This document shows positions 29,357-41,249 of a DNA stretch of 64,000 nucleotides, in pieces (the first letter of the stretch is position 1; each line of letters opens with the position of its first letter). The translations under genes and the position numbers were made by a program. Under the pieces are notes generated by a model. The model worked only from the letters and a program-made list of their open reading frames with translations. It did not search any database and was not told the origin of the DNA. Where the stretch lies: positions 1 to 64,000 of the IMG/VR virus record IMGVR_UViG_3300021399_000103; one strand, given 5' to 3'. The DNA comes from a virus (Duplodnaviria > Caudoviricetes).

Positions 29357-30415
29357 ATGAAATATGGTGTTCGTGACGTCGTTGACGTTGTACTTAGAGC
29401 CAAGGGTACAATGGATTTAGGAAACAAACGTTTCTATAAGAATGAACCTGTATTATATTTTGATACGCTTACTACTTCAACATTAGAGGGTGCTTCTACT
29501 ACTGTTTATGCTAATGGTGGTAAAGGTAATGCTCGTTTGATGGCGTGGGAAGGTGAACGTACAGTTACTTTCACAATGGAAGATGCATTGATTTCTCCAG
29601 AAAGTTTATCTGTATTAACAGGTGCTGGCTTAATCGAAGCTACTGAAGATAAGCCTATTTATCAGCATATTGTTGAAACAACTGATGAATTACCAATCGC
29701 TTCTGGTGATACTTATACAATTTATGTTGATAAAGAACCATTCTTACCTACTCCAGATAGTGGAGTTGTTGAAAATGAAAACTACGCTTGTGTAATGTTT
29801 ACAAAAGATGGTGAAGTTATTTCTGAACCTTATATTATTGATCAGAATGTTGCAGAAGTTAAAGCTGAAGAATCTGGCGATCATGTTGGAAAATATGCAA
29901 TGGTAATTAATAAACATCAGTGTAATTTTGGTGAAAATTGCCACGAAACAAGAGATGAATATAATCCAACAAATGTTTCAAAAGATATGCCACTTGCTAA
30001 TGGTATTTTAATTGATTATTATACACCAGTTCGTTCTGGCGCAAAACAGATTGAGATTGATGCTGAAAAGTTCGCTGGTTCTTACTATCTTGAAGGCTCA
30101 ACACTTTGGAGAGATACAAATGGTGTAGACCATCCAGCAGAATTTATTATTCCTAACTGTAAGATTCAGTCTGCATTCACATTTACAATGGCTGCTACTG
30201 GTGATCCAAGTACATTCACATTTACAATGGATGCATTCCCAGATTATACAAGATTTGACAAGAGTCACAAAGTATTTGCAGTAATTCAGGTTATTGAAGG
30301 TGCTACAACAGCTTCTGATGCTAATAACGATCTACACCGTGGTCGCACATGGCATGGTGGAGAATCATATGCTGATGAACTAGCTGGCGGTGCATATGAT
30401 AACCATGATAACTAG
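29357..30415 (+). CDS. major tail tube protein
   Basis: GGKGNARL.AW..ERTVTFTMEDA...GDPSTFTF; codon bias; no TGA. Confidence 0.75.
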   Translation: MKYGVRDVVDVVLRAKGTMDLGNKRFYKNEPVLYFDTLTTSTLEGASTTVYANGGKGNARLMAWEGERTVTFTMEDALISPESLSVLTGAGLIEATEDKPIYQHIVETTDELPIASGDTYTIYVDKEPFLPTPDSGVVENENYACVMFTKDGEVISEPYIIDQNVAEVKAEESGDHVGKYAMVINKHQCNFGENCHETRDEYNPTNVSKDMPLANGILIDYYTPVRSGAKQIEIDAEKFAGSYYLEGSTLWRDTNGVDHPAEFIIPNCKIQSAFTFTMAATGDPSTFTFTMDAFPDYTRFDKSHKVFAVIQVIEGATTASDANNDLHRGRTWHGGESYADELAGGAYDNHDN

Positions 30416-30429
30416 TAGGAGTGTAAATT

Positions 30430-30615
30430 ATGTTTTCTCGCTCTAGTAGAAAGAAAAGAGTAGTTTCAAAACCAGCTACTATTACGATTATTAAACCAGA
30501 GCAGACACAAGTAAAAAAACCTGCATTAGATTTATCTAAAGCAAAGATTTCTATTATTAAACCTGATACTGGTTTAAGAATTATGGTTGAAGAAGATGAA
30601 GGAGAGGACGAATAG
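30430..30615 (+). CDS. small hypothetical protein
   Basis: AGGAG RBS; internal xIIKP repeat. Confidence 0.5.
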   Translation: MFSRSSRKKRVVSKPATITIIKPEQTQVKKPALDLSKAKISIIKPDTGLRIMVEEDEGEDE

Positions 30616-30629
30616 TCCTCTCTTTTTTT
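30602..30629 (+). terminator. intrinsic terminator
   Basis: GAGAGGAC-GAATA-GTCCTCTC followed by T7. Confidence 0.75.
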
Positions 30630-30649
30630 GTTTATATGGGGCAATTAAT

Positions 30650-31780
30650 ATGAGTATGAATGAAAATATAGATAGTTGAAAAACAGTGTCAATGGAAACT
30701 GTTGAAGAAAATTATAATATAGCTATTGAATATTATAAACAACGACAAGCTGCTTTTTTTAATTTTTATAAAAATAAATATAATTTAGATTTAGAGACAG
30801 TTTTAAAAGATATAGAAGAATTTCTAATGGGAGTTTGACCTCAGTTTTGCACAGAAGTAATAAACACTTCTTCTTTAGAAGAAAGGCAAGAATTAATTAA
30901 AGATTTTCTTAATACATATGATATAGATGGAAGTATTCCAACATTAGCAGCTTTAAAAAACCCTCAAGCAGCATTAGGTAATATTTTTGAAGATGTTTTT
31001 AAAAGTGCAGCCGAGGATGCGATAAAAGGAACAGCTAGCGAAGCAGCAAGAAATTTAATTGCTCAAGTTACTGGAGCAATTAAGTCTAGTGCAGCCAATG
31101 TTTCAGGCGTGCGTTCTATTAGAAACGACGTAATGCTTTATTTAGATTCAATGAATCTAATTAGTGGAGATGAATATGGGGATTCAAAGGCTAGATTAAC
31201 AACTCAAAAGGATGAATTAAATTTAGAACTACAAACAGATATTTTGTTGGGCGAAGATGTAGATTTAGATTCTTTAAATGATGCTAGTCAATTAATAAAT
31301 ATTTTATGAGATTATATAGATCCTAATTCACCTTTTGCAGGTGCTGGTGGATTTAATTTGAAATATTGGTCTTTAAGAAATATAGGTTCTGGCAAACGTT
31401 TTTCAGATAGTGCTCCATACGCTGAGCATTTAAATAAATTATTGGCTTCTGCGAATAAAGGAAAAGGTGTTTTAACTTATTTATATGCCAATTTATATAA
31501 TGTGTATTTTTTATCTCAACGATTAATAAATTTAATATCTCCTGACGCAGTAGGATTTGTTGATGGAGATGAAATTAGTTTGGTATCAGATATTTTATCT
31601 GCTTATCATTTTAGATTTGCTCTTACACATGAAGATCAACCAGGGTGACATCGATACACAGTTAAAAATGCTACTATAAATATGTATAAAGCTGGAAATG
31701 TATTAGAAAGAAGAATGGCCGGTAAAACTAGAAAGTCAAAAACTCCAATAAAAATTACAGTAAAAAACAATACACATTAA
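30650..31780 (+). CDS. hypothetical protein (376 aa, TGA=Trp)
   Basis: Single frame with four TGA; AT-rich, moron-like. Confidence 0.65.
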
Positions 31781-31842
31781 AAATTTGCATCTTAGAAAAA
31801 TTTTTGGTATAATAAAATAGAACATAATAGGAGAATTATATC

Positions 31843-32367
31843 ATGGCAAAACCTACACTAAATAAATTAAAATTAACTCAAAAAAATCCTGTTAAAACAA
31901 TTACATTTAATGAACAGGAAATAGAGATTAAACAGTATATTTCAATTCAAGATAAATTAACTATGATTTCTGAAGTATTAGCATTAGCTGCGGATGATAA
32001 TAAGTTTTATAATCCAGGAAAACTTGATATGTTTTTTGCGTTAAAAGTTATTGATTATTATACTAATTTATCTATTACTGAAAAACAGAGAGAAAATTTT
32101 ATTAAGTTGTATGATGACTTTATGTCTTCTGGATTCTATACGGAAGTATTTCATGCAATTCCAGAAGATGAAGTTGGATATGTTTATACAGTAATGAAGG
32201 AATCAGTAGATCAAATTTATAAATATCAAAATTCTGCTTATGGTATTTTAGATGCTATGAATACAGATTATGATAATTTAAGTTTTGATATTAAGAAATT
32301 AACAGATCAACTTGGTAATAAAGAGAATGCACAGTTCTTGGATCAAGTTATGAGCAAACTTGGTTAA
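31843..32367 (+). CDS. putative tail assembly chaperone
   Basis: Directly upstream of the tape measure; own TTGCAT/TATAAT promoter. Confidence 0.6.
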   Translation: MAKPTLNKLKLTQKNPVKTITFNEQEIEIKQYISIQDKLTMISEVLALAADDNKFYNPGKLDMFFALKVIDYYTNLSITEKQRENFIKLYDDFMSSGFYTEVFHAIPEDEVGYVYTVMKESVDQIYKYQNSAYGILDAMNTDYDNLSFDIKKLTDQLGNKENAQFLDQVMSKLG

Positions 32368-32412
32368 TCTTATTAAATCTTTTTTGAAATAATAAAGAAG
32401 AATGAATAGTAA

Positions 32413-32450
32413 AACCCTTGTGAGGATTTTCTTCACAAGGGTTATTTTTT
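32413..32450 (+). terminator. intrinsic terminator
   Basis: AACCCTTGTGAGGA/TCTTCACAAGGGTT followed by a T run. Confidence 0.7.
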
Positions 32451-32477
32451 ATATTGGAGAGAAAGGAGCAGAAAAAT

Positions 32478-35400
32478 ATGCCAAAACAGTTAAATGTTAA
32501 TTTAGCGTTTACCGCAGATACTGCGCAAGCTAAACAGCAGATACAAGAATTGCAACAATCTTTAGCTAAATTATCATCTGAAACTATAAAAAATAATATA
32601 GGAACAAAGATGACAGAAGATTTGCATAAATCAGTTACCGCAGCAAGTCAGCTTAAAGATATGCTACAACAAGCGGTTAATCCTAAAACTGGAAACTTAG
32701 ATTTGTCTCGTTTTTCTGAGCAATTAAAAGCTAGTGGTAGAGATATTCAAAGTTATGCACAAGATTTAAATAATCTTGGTCCAGAAGGAACTAAAGCATT
32801 TATGCAATTAGCTCAATCAGTAGCATCTGCTGAAGTTCCTATGCGTAGAACAAATGCACTTGTAAAAGAGTTTGGAACTACATTAATGAATGCTGCTAGA
32901 TGACAATTTTCAAGTAGCATGTTGCATGGATTTATGGGTGCTATTCAAGGTGCTTATGGATATGCGCAAGATTTAAATAGATCTTTAACTGATATTGCTA
33001 TTGTTACTGGAAATTCTGTTGATAATATGGCGGCATTTGCGGATCAGGCAAATAAATCTGCCCAAGCTTTAAGTACAAGCACATTAGCTTATACAGATGC
33101 TGCATTAATTTATTATCAGCAAGGTTTAAATGATGAAGAAGTTCAAGCACGTACTGAAACTACTTTAAAAATGTCTAATGTTACTAGACAATCAGCAGAA
33201 GAAGTTTCAAGTTATATGACTGCTATTTGAAATAACTTTGCAGAAGGTTCAGATAATCTTGAGTTATTTGCTGATAAAATTACAGCGTTGGGAGCAGCAA
33301 CAGCTTCAAGCTCAAAAGAAATCGCTACTGGTTTACAACAATTCGCAGCGTTAGGTAGTTCTTTAGGATTGAATTATGATGATGCAGTTGCAGCGTTAGC
33401 TACGGTAGTTGCGCAAACAAGACAATCAGCTTCAACTGTTGGTAATTCATTTAGAACATTGCTACAAAGATTTGAAAGTTTAAAACTTGGAAAAACTCTT
33501 GAAGATGGCGTTGGTTTAACGAAATATTCTGAAGCATTAGCTAAAGTTGGTGTTCAAGTTCTTGATGTAAATGGTGAAATGCGTGACATGAGTGATGTTA
33601 TTCAAGATCTTGGCGCAAAGTGACAAACTTTAGGTAGAGAGCAACAAAATGCGTTAGCGCAAACAGTTGGTGGCGTTAGAAACTCTAATACATTGATTGC
33701 TTGGATGGATCATTTTGATGAATTTCAAAAAAATTTAGACATTGCGGCGAATGCAGAAGGTGCACTTGAAAAACAAGCTGAAATATATGCAGAATCTTGA
33801 GAAGCTGCACAAAAGCGTGTGCAAGCAGCTTGACAAGCGATATATCAAGATTTAATTGATGATAAATTTTTTATAACTATTCTTAATGGATTTGAAAAAG
33901 TTTTAAAAGGTGTAGATAATCTTATTGATGGAATGGGCGGTTTAAAGGGTGTTTTAGGCGTTGTTGGGGCTTTGATTACCACTGTTTTTGCCGATGGTTT
34001 AGCGAAAGGTATACAAAATGCAGTATATAATTTTAAAGTGTTTACTGGACAAGCACAACAAGATGCAGATGCTTTAGCTGTTCAATTTAAAAATGTTGCT
34101 GATCAAATGGGGCAAGATTTACAGAGTCCTACGGCAACAGCTGAAGTTGGAGTGTTAAAAGATCAGATTGATTTTGCTTTAAAATTAAGACAGGCTAGTG
34201 ATTCAATTACTGAAGCTAATAAACAGCAGTTATTATCTTTAAATGAAATTACCAAGCAATATGGTGCTGCTTATGTTGAAGCGATGAAGTTAAAAGAAGC
34301 AGCTGAAGATCAACGAGCTAACGCTGCAGGAAATGCAAGAGAGTATGCTGCAAATTTAGGAAATACAGTAAAAGAAAAATCTCAAAATAGAGCAAAAGTA
34401 GATTCTGTAATAAACTCTGAAAATTTAGATAAATTAGCAAGTGATTTTACTGCTAAACAAGCAGATTTAGGAAAATGAGCATCTAATCTTGCTGACACTC
34501 AAAATTTTGATGTATGAAAAGATTCTTTATTGCCTAATTTAGAGGCAGAATTTAAAGTAGTTATAGATCAAAGCGCTGAATTGCAGGATGCTTTTGAAAA
34601 TGTAAATAATGTTTTGTCTAATAGTAAATCAACAGATGAGGAAAAGGCTGCTGCATTACAGCAATTAGGAGAGAAATTTAAAGATGTTGCGAATAATAGT
34701 GATTTAGTTAAAGAACATATTGCAGATTCAATGAGTACAGCAGCTGTTGATATAGCTGGTGGACCAGGACAGGCTGCGAATGAATTAGCACAAAAGATGA
34801 AGGATGCAGCTAATGCTCATTTTGAATTAAAGGCAGCATCAGAACAAGCTGATAATGCACAAATAAATTATAATGAACGTTTAAGATTAGCAAAAGAAGA
34901 ATTCGAAAAATTAAAGGGCAAAGTGGATGAATATTCTACCTGTCTCGTAACTTGTGCAAGAGGAATATCTCAATTATGAACTGCCTTTAATTCTTTGGGA
35001 AAGGTTTTAGATACTTTAAATGATAAAGATTTAACCTGAGCTGAGAAAATAAGAACTATGATACCATCTTTAACAATGGGAATTCCTACATTGATTTCTG
35101 GAATTACTACTTTAGGTGGAGCATTTGCTTCTTTAGGATGGGCCGCAGAAGGAGCTACCGCTTCTTCAATGACATTCATGACGGCATTAACAGCAACACC
35201 TTTAGGTCCTATTTTACTCGCGTTAGGTGCGCTTGCTGGAGCCTGATATGCATTTGATAAAATTGTTTATACTAGTGAAGAAAGATTGGCTGATTCAAAT
35301 AAAAAGCTTGAAGAAGCTAATGAGGCTTTAAGTAAAGCTGAAGAGGCAGCACAAAAAACAAATGATGCTTATCAAAAATTAGTAGATACTTTAGATGGAT

Positions 35401-38400
35401 TTGATTCAAAAAAAGATGCTATTAATCAATTAATTGAAGGAACCACAGAATGAAAAGAGGCTATTGCTGATTCTAACTCAGAGTTATTAGCAGCATTAGA
35501 AATGTCTGGTCAATTAAGTCAAGCGAAATTATCTTATGGTAAAGGTGGATTAATAAGTGTTGATAATGCAGATGAATTAAAATCAAATGCTCGTTCTGAT
35601 AATATTGCGGCTGATATAGGGGTTGCGCTATCTAGAATAAATGTTTCAAATGAAGAGAGTAATCATGCGTTAATAGAAGCAGTAAATGAAATAAGAAATT
35701 TAAATGATCATGAAGCGTATCAACGTGGGGATATTTCTTATGACCAATTAATAGATTATAATAAAACTATTGGTAGACAATCAGATGAAGAATTATTAAA
35801 TACAGTCAAAGATTGAGCGCAACAAATTGTTGACAATGGATACGCAGGTCAAGATTTAACTAGAGAACTTATTGAAGATAGCAACGGTCAATTGGCTTTT
35901 TTAGAAGAAATTAAAGACAGAAAAGATGTTCTTCAAGCAATTCAAAAAGCTGCTGATCAAATAGCTGGTGCTGATAAAGAATCAGATGCTTATAAAAAAG
36001 AAGTTGGGCGAATGGCTGCAGATTCAGCCGGATATGATACGTCAGGAATGTCTGGTTCAGCTTTAGAAAATTTTTATTTAAAATTATATGAAAACCTACA
36101 ATCTCAAGCTCAAACTGAATGGGAGGGGATGGATCAAAATCAGCAATTAAAATATTTTGCTGAAGGATCTGGTGGTCAATATAAATATGATGAAGCTACT
36201 AGTGAATTAATAGAAACTGCATCTAGTAAAATTGTTGAAAGTTCTGAAATTGCTCAAAGTGAAATTAAAACTCTTGGACAGGCAGCTTTGATTGAAGAAA
36301 AGGCGAGTGCTGCTGAAGCTCAAGACTTAATAAAATATGAGACAGAGTCAATAAAAAAACAACAGCAAGATCTTTATTCTAAAGTTAGTAATAATTTTGG
36401 TGACCAACTGACAATAGAAAATGCATCTACTTATTCAGATAAAATGGATCAATGATCTAGTGAGCAGATGAATTTTGCAATTCAAACAGATATGTCTCAG
36501 TTTGAAACAATCGAAGAATTTATTAAATATGTTGAAGATGCATGTAAAGAAGAGCATCATATTGATTTTGAAGTTAATGCAGATGATTTAGTTAATTTTA
36601 AAGGAAAAACAGAAGATCTTAAAGCTGAGGTCGATACTTTATCTCATTTTTTACAAAATAATATAGATAAATTTCAAGATTTGAGCGAGCATATTGTAGA
36701 ATGTAAAGAGGCCGCTGATAAAGTAGCTTATTCATTTTTAAGATTTGATGATGCTATGCAAGATGTTTCTAAAAATTATAAAAAATGGAAAAAAGCTCTA
36801 GATAGTGGAGATGTTATAGAAATGAATAATGCTGTTCAGGATTTAAAGAAAACATACGGGAATTTATTGGACATGGATGGATCGCAATTATCCGATGATT
36901 TTCTACGAGATTCAAAAAATTTAGATTTAATGAATACAGTATTAACAGGAACAGAAGAAGAGGCTATAGCGGCATATGAAGAATTACAAAAAATAGCTTT
37001 TATGGATTTGGGAGAAAATTTAATTCCAAATCTTGATGAAAGTAAATGAGAAGAAGCTTATAATACAGTTACAGATGTTGTGGATAGATTAAACTTAAAA
37101 TTAGGTGATCCTTTGACTCCAATGAATGGTGTTGATTATACAAATACTGTTAATTCATTAAATGAAATGTTGGCAGCCGTTGGAGATGATATAGATGCAG
37201 CAAATGCTATCATGGCAGCATCTGGCTGATCAGGAGAATTAACAGATCAACCAGTAGATGTTGAAGAGCCTGATTTTAAAGAAGATGTAAATGTTGATGT
37301 AGTTGAAAAAGATATTCCATATGAAGGTGTTCATGTTGAAACTACAGATACTGATTTTACTCCAAGCACAACTGGAACTGTAAATGGTACCGCTTCAGAA
37401 GTTCATTTTTCAAAAGGTGCGCAGACAACGACTCAAAATAAAAAAACTGCTCATGTTCAAGCATATCAAATAAAATCAGATTCAGCACTTCATTATACTG
37501 GAGGAGCTGCCCCAAAAATAAAAAGCATGCCAGCACGAAACCTTGGATCTGGAAATGGCGGTAAAAAAGGCGGAGGCTGTTTTGCTTCTGGAACTTTAAT
37601 TACTACAAATCATAATTATAAAAATATTGAAGATGTCAAAATTGGAGACATTGTTTTATCGTATAATGAAAAAACTAAAAAGAATGAATATAGTAAGGTT
37701 CTTCAAACTATGATTCATAATGTATATGAAAAAATCTATAGTTTATTTGTTAAAAACGATAAACTTAAAGTCACTGGCAACCATAGATTTTTGGTAATTC
37801 ATAATAATGAACAAAAATGAATTGAAGCTGCTGATTTACAAGTTGGTGATTTAGTATTATTTGCTAATGGTTCATTACATCAAATTTCTAAAATTGATAC
37901 GCAATTAAGGTTTATGACCGTATACAATTTTGAAGTTTCTAATACTCATAATTATTATGTTGGAGAAAATCAAATATTAGCACATAATAAAGGCAAGAGT
38001 GGTAGCTCTAAAGAAAAAAAGAAAAAAGTAGAAAAGCCAAAAGAGAAGAAAGAAAATATTAAAGAAAAAGATCGTTATCACAATATTAAAGAAGCTATTG
38101 AAGATTTAAATACTGAAATGGATAGACTTAATAAAAATAAAGATCGAGCTTATGGTAAGCAACGTCTTAAATATATGGATGACGAAATTAAAAAGACTAA
38201 AGATCAAATTGGTTTGACTAAAAAATATATTGCAGAAATAAAGAATTATTCAAAAGTAGATAGAAAAAATCTTGAAGATGCGTTAGGTAAAGGTTGGACA
38301 GATATTAATACAGGAGAATTGGTTGGTGGTCTTGGTCTTTCTGATGAAGAGATTAAAAGTGCCTTTGATGAAAAAGGCATTTTGAAAGATTATGAAAGTT

Positions 38401-41135
38401 TGTTTAATAAGATTCAAGATAAATTTGATCAAACTGCTACTAAAGCTTATAATGCAGCTGTTGATGAATATAATAAAGCTAAAGATGTATTTAATGTTAG
38501 CGATCAGGGTGATGCAGCGACAGAAGTTTGAGAAAAAGCAAAAGAAAAATTTGAACAAGCCGAAGAGGCTTATGATAAGCAAAAAGAAAACTATGATAAG
38601 CAATTAAAATATTTAAATCAATATGAAGATACAATGAATTTAATGCAAGAAAAAGAACAAGAATTGCTAGATCAACAAAATTCATTATTTGATAAAGCAT
38701 TGGAATTAGTATCGAAAAAAATTGAATTAAAAATAAGCATTGCTGATAATGAACAAAAATATCTTGAATGAGTTTATGATAATATAGGTGATAGCGCAGA
38801 TAGAGCTGCAGATAGAATTGCAAATCTTGGTAAACAAGCACAATCATCAGCGAAAAAAGTTCAAGCTAACGCAGAAGGCTTGCGTGACATGCTTTCTAAA
38901 GTCACAGAATCTTATAAAGGTCAAGTTGATTTTAGTGATATTAATATGACATTAGATATTAATGATCCAAAAGCAATGCTAACAACTATAAATCAGGTTA
39001 TTGAAAAAATGCAATCTAAGGGTTTAGAAGCGCCTGTTGAAGATATTGTAAATTTAATGAATGGTTATAGAGATGCTCTTATGGAAGAGTACAATAACCT
39101 TCGTGATATCAATGAGCAAGTAACTGAAAATATGGTTGATGCTTTTGAAGATATGATGGATAGCTTGAATGAGAATCTTGATAAGAATGATGGTTTCCAG
39201 AGTTTAATGGATCATTATAAAGAGATTCGTGATTTATTAGGTCAAGAGCAATTAGGATTATCTGATGAAGAAATGCGCAAATGAGACCAACAAATGCTTG
39301 ACATTAAACGCGACGCAGCGCAAGTAGCGCAAGCTAATTATATAGCAGCGCATGATGCAGCTGAAAGAGCACGTAAAGAATATGAAGAAGCAATTAAATC
39401 TGGTAATCAGTTTAGAATTGATCGTGCTAAAGAAGTTTTAAAGACAACTGAAGAAGCTGAAAAGGCAGCGCAAGACGAAGCCTTAACAAGATTAGAAGAA
39501 ACTTTACAAAAAGCCAAAGAGATGTATGAACAAGCATTGGAAGATAATGAAAAAGCTTATCAGAGATCTCTTGGTGGCGGTATTTTACCAACGCTTGATA
39601 AACTTCAAGATCAATTCGATATGCAAAAAGAAATTAATGATTTGCATTTAGATGATTATGAGAAGTATAAAAAACTTGGTGATTTACAAGCCAATATTAA
39701 TAAACAGTTAGCAAATAATCCTAATGTAAAAGTCCAAGGTAAATTAAAAGACTTGATGGATGATGTTAATGATAAAATGGCTGCTGGTGCTGAAATATCA
39801 GAAGGTGAAGCAACTATTCTTGAAAAGCGTTTACAGTTATTACAAGCTGAAGACCAGTTAATGGCAGCGCGTAATGCCAAGAGCGCGGTAAGAATGACTC
39901 GTGATAATGAGGGTAATTTCAGTTATACTTATACCGCAGATACGTCAAAGATAGAAGAAGCGCAACAGAATTATGCGGATAAGTTCTATGATCTATTGGA
40001 TTATGAACGTCAATATTCTGAAGATACTCAAGCTGCGATTTTACAATCTTATAAAGAATTCTTGGATAAGAGAAATGATATTATTAACGATGAGTCATTA
40101 ACGCAATCTGAAAAAGAAGCTTTATTACGTCAGTTAGAAAAGGATATGAAAGCTAAGGTTGAATTCTATACCAATGAAATGGAAATGGTTACTGGTGAAA
40201 TGGGTAGACTAAGAGACGAAGATTGGGCTGATATGGAAAAGACTCTTGGTAGAATGCTTGCGGCGCCAGATGATTTTGAAACTAAATTTGAAGATACGAC
40301 TCTTGGCAAAATGGCTCCAGCTTGAAAAGATGCAAAAGATGGATTAGAGGGCTTTGTAAACGCGGCAAAAACATTAACAGATGCTGATTTAGGTGCTTAT
40401 GGTAAATGGATTCAAGAAAATGAAATAAGTATGCAAAATGTTGGTTCATCAACCGCTGAATATGGAGAAAAATTAAGTAGTATATATGACGGTTTAAAAA
40501 CAAAGAGTACTGAAGCTAAAGATGCAGCTAAAGGTATGGCAGATCAAATGCAAGAAGACTTTCCGAAGATTCTTGAACAAGGTAGAGAATTTGATGAAAA
40601 ATTTAGTGGATATTTATCAAATATCACTACAAATTTAGAGAATGTTGTTAAAGCTATTAATGATGTTACTGCAGCACTATCGGGCGTTGATAAGAAATGA
40701 AATTTGCAAGATTTATTAAGTCAAGCTCTTGGAAAGAACGCAAATTCTAAAGATTCTGAAATTTTAGACGAAGATCCAACAGCTGGATTTGATACTGGTG
40801 GCTATACTGGAAAATGAGGTAGTACTAATGGAAAACTTGCTGTACTACATCAAAAAGAAATTGTATTGAATGAAGATGATACAAGCAATATGTTAAAAGC
40901 TGTTGATATTGTTAGGAGCATATCTAATGCTATTAATTTAAATAATGCTATTAATCCTAATATGTTTAGTAATATAATTGATTATAGTAAACTTGCGGCG
41001 GCCGGTACTACCGATCTACAACAGCAAGTTCATATTGAGGCATCATTCCCGAATGTGCAATCACATAGTGAAATTGAATTAGCATTTAATAATTTAATTA
41101 ATTCAGCAAGTCAGTATGTTAATAGAAAAAGATAA
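32478..41135 (+). CDS. tape measure protein with internal Hint domain (2885 aa, TGA=Trp)
   Basis: Fifteen track ORFs all in one frame. TP901-like N-terminal TMP domain, hydrophobic segments, coiled coils and C-terminal FDTGGYTG..LHQKEIVLN motif. Confidence 0.88.
37578..37988 (+). other. Hint (intein/BIL-like) domain, 137 aa
   Basis: Block A CFASGT, block B VTGNHRF, W(TGA)IEAADLQVGD, block F/G VYNFEV..HNYYV..ILAHN. The +1 residue is Lys. Confidence 0.88.
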
Positions 41136-41140
41136 TTTTA

Positions 41141-41177
41141 AAGGAAGGTAGGAAATACCTTCCTTTTATTTTTTTTT
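41141..41177 (+). terminator. intrinsic terminator
   Basis: AAAGGAAGGTA/TACCTTCCTTT followed by a T run. Confidence 0.75.
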
Positions 41178-41249
41178 GGTCAATTAAAGATAATTAAAAA
41201 TATAAGAAGTTTAATTATAAAGAGATATAAGAGAAAAAGGAGGAAGGAT

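Noticed and set aside
32418-32438. Rex-like TTGTGA...TTCACAA upstream of the tape measure
   Set aside because: The spacing is wrong, and it is the stem of a terminator hairpin.
37578-37988. Canonical mobile intein with homing endonuclease
   Set aside because: It is only 137 aa, has no endonuclease motifs, and has Lys at the +1 position.
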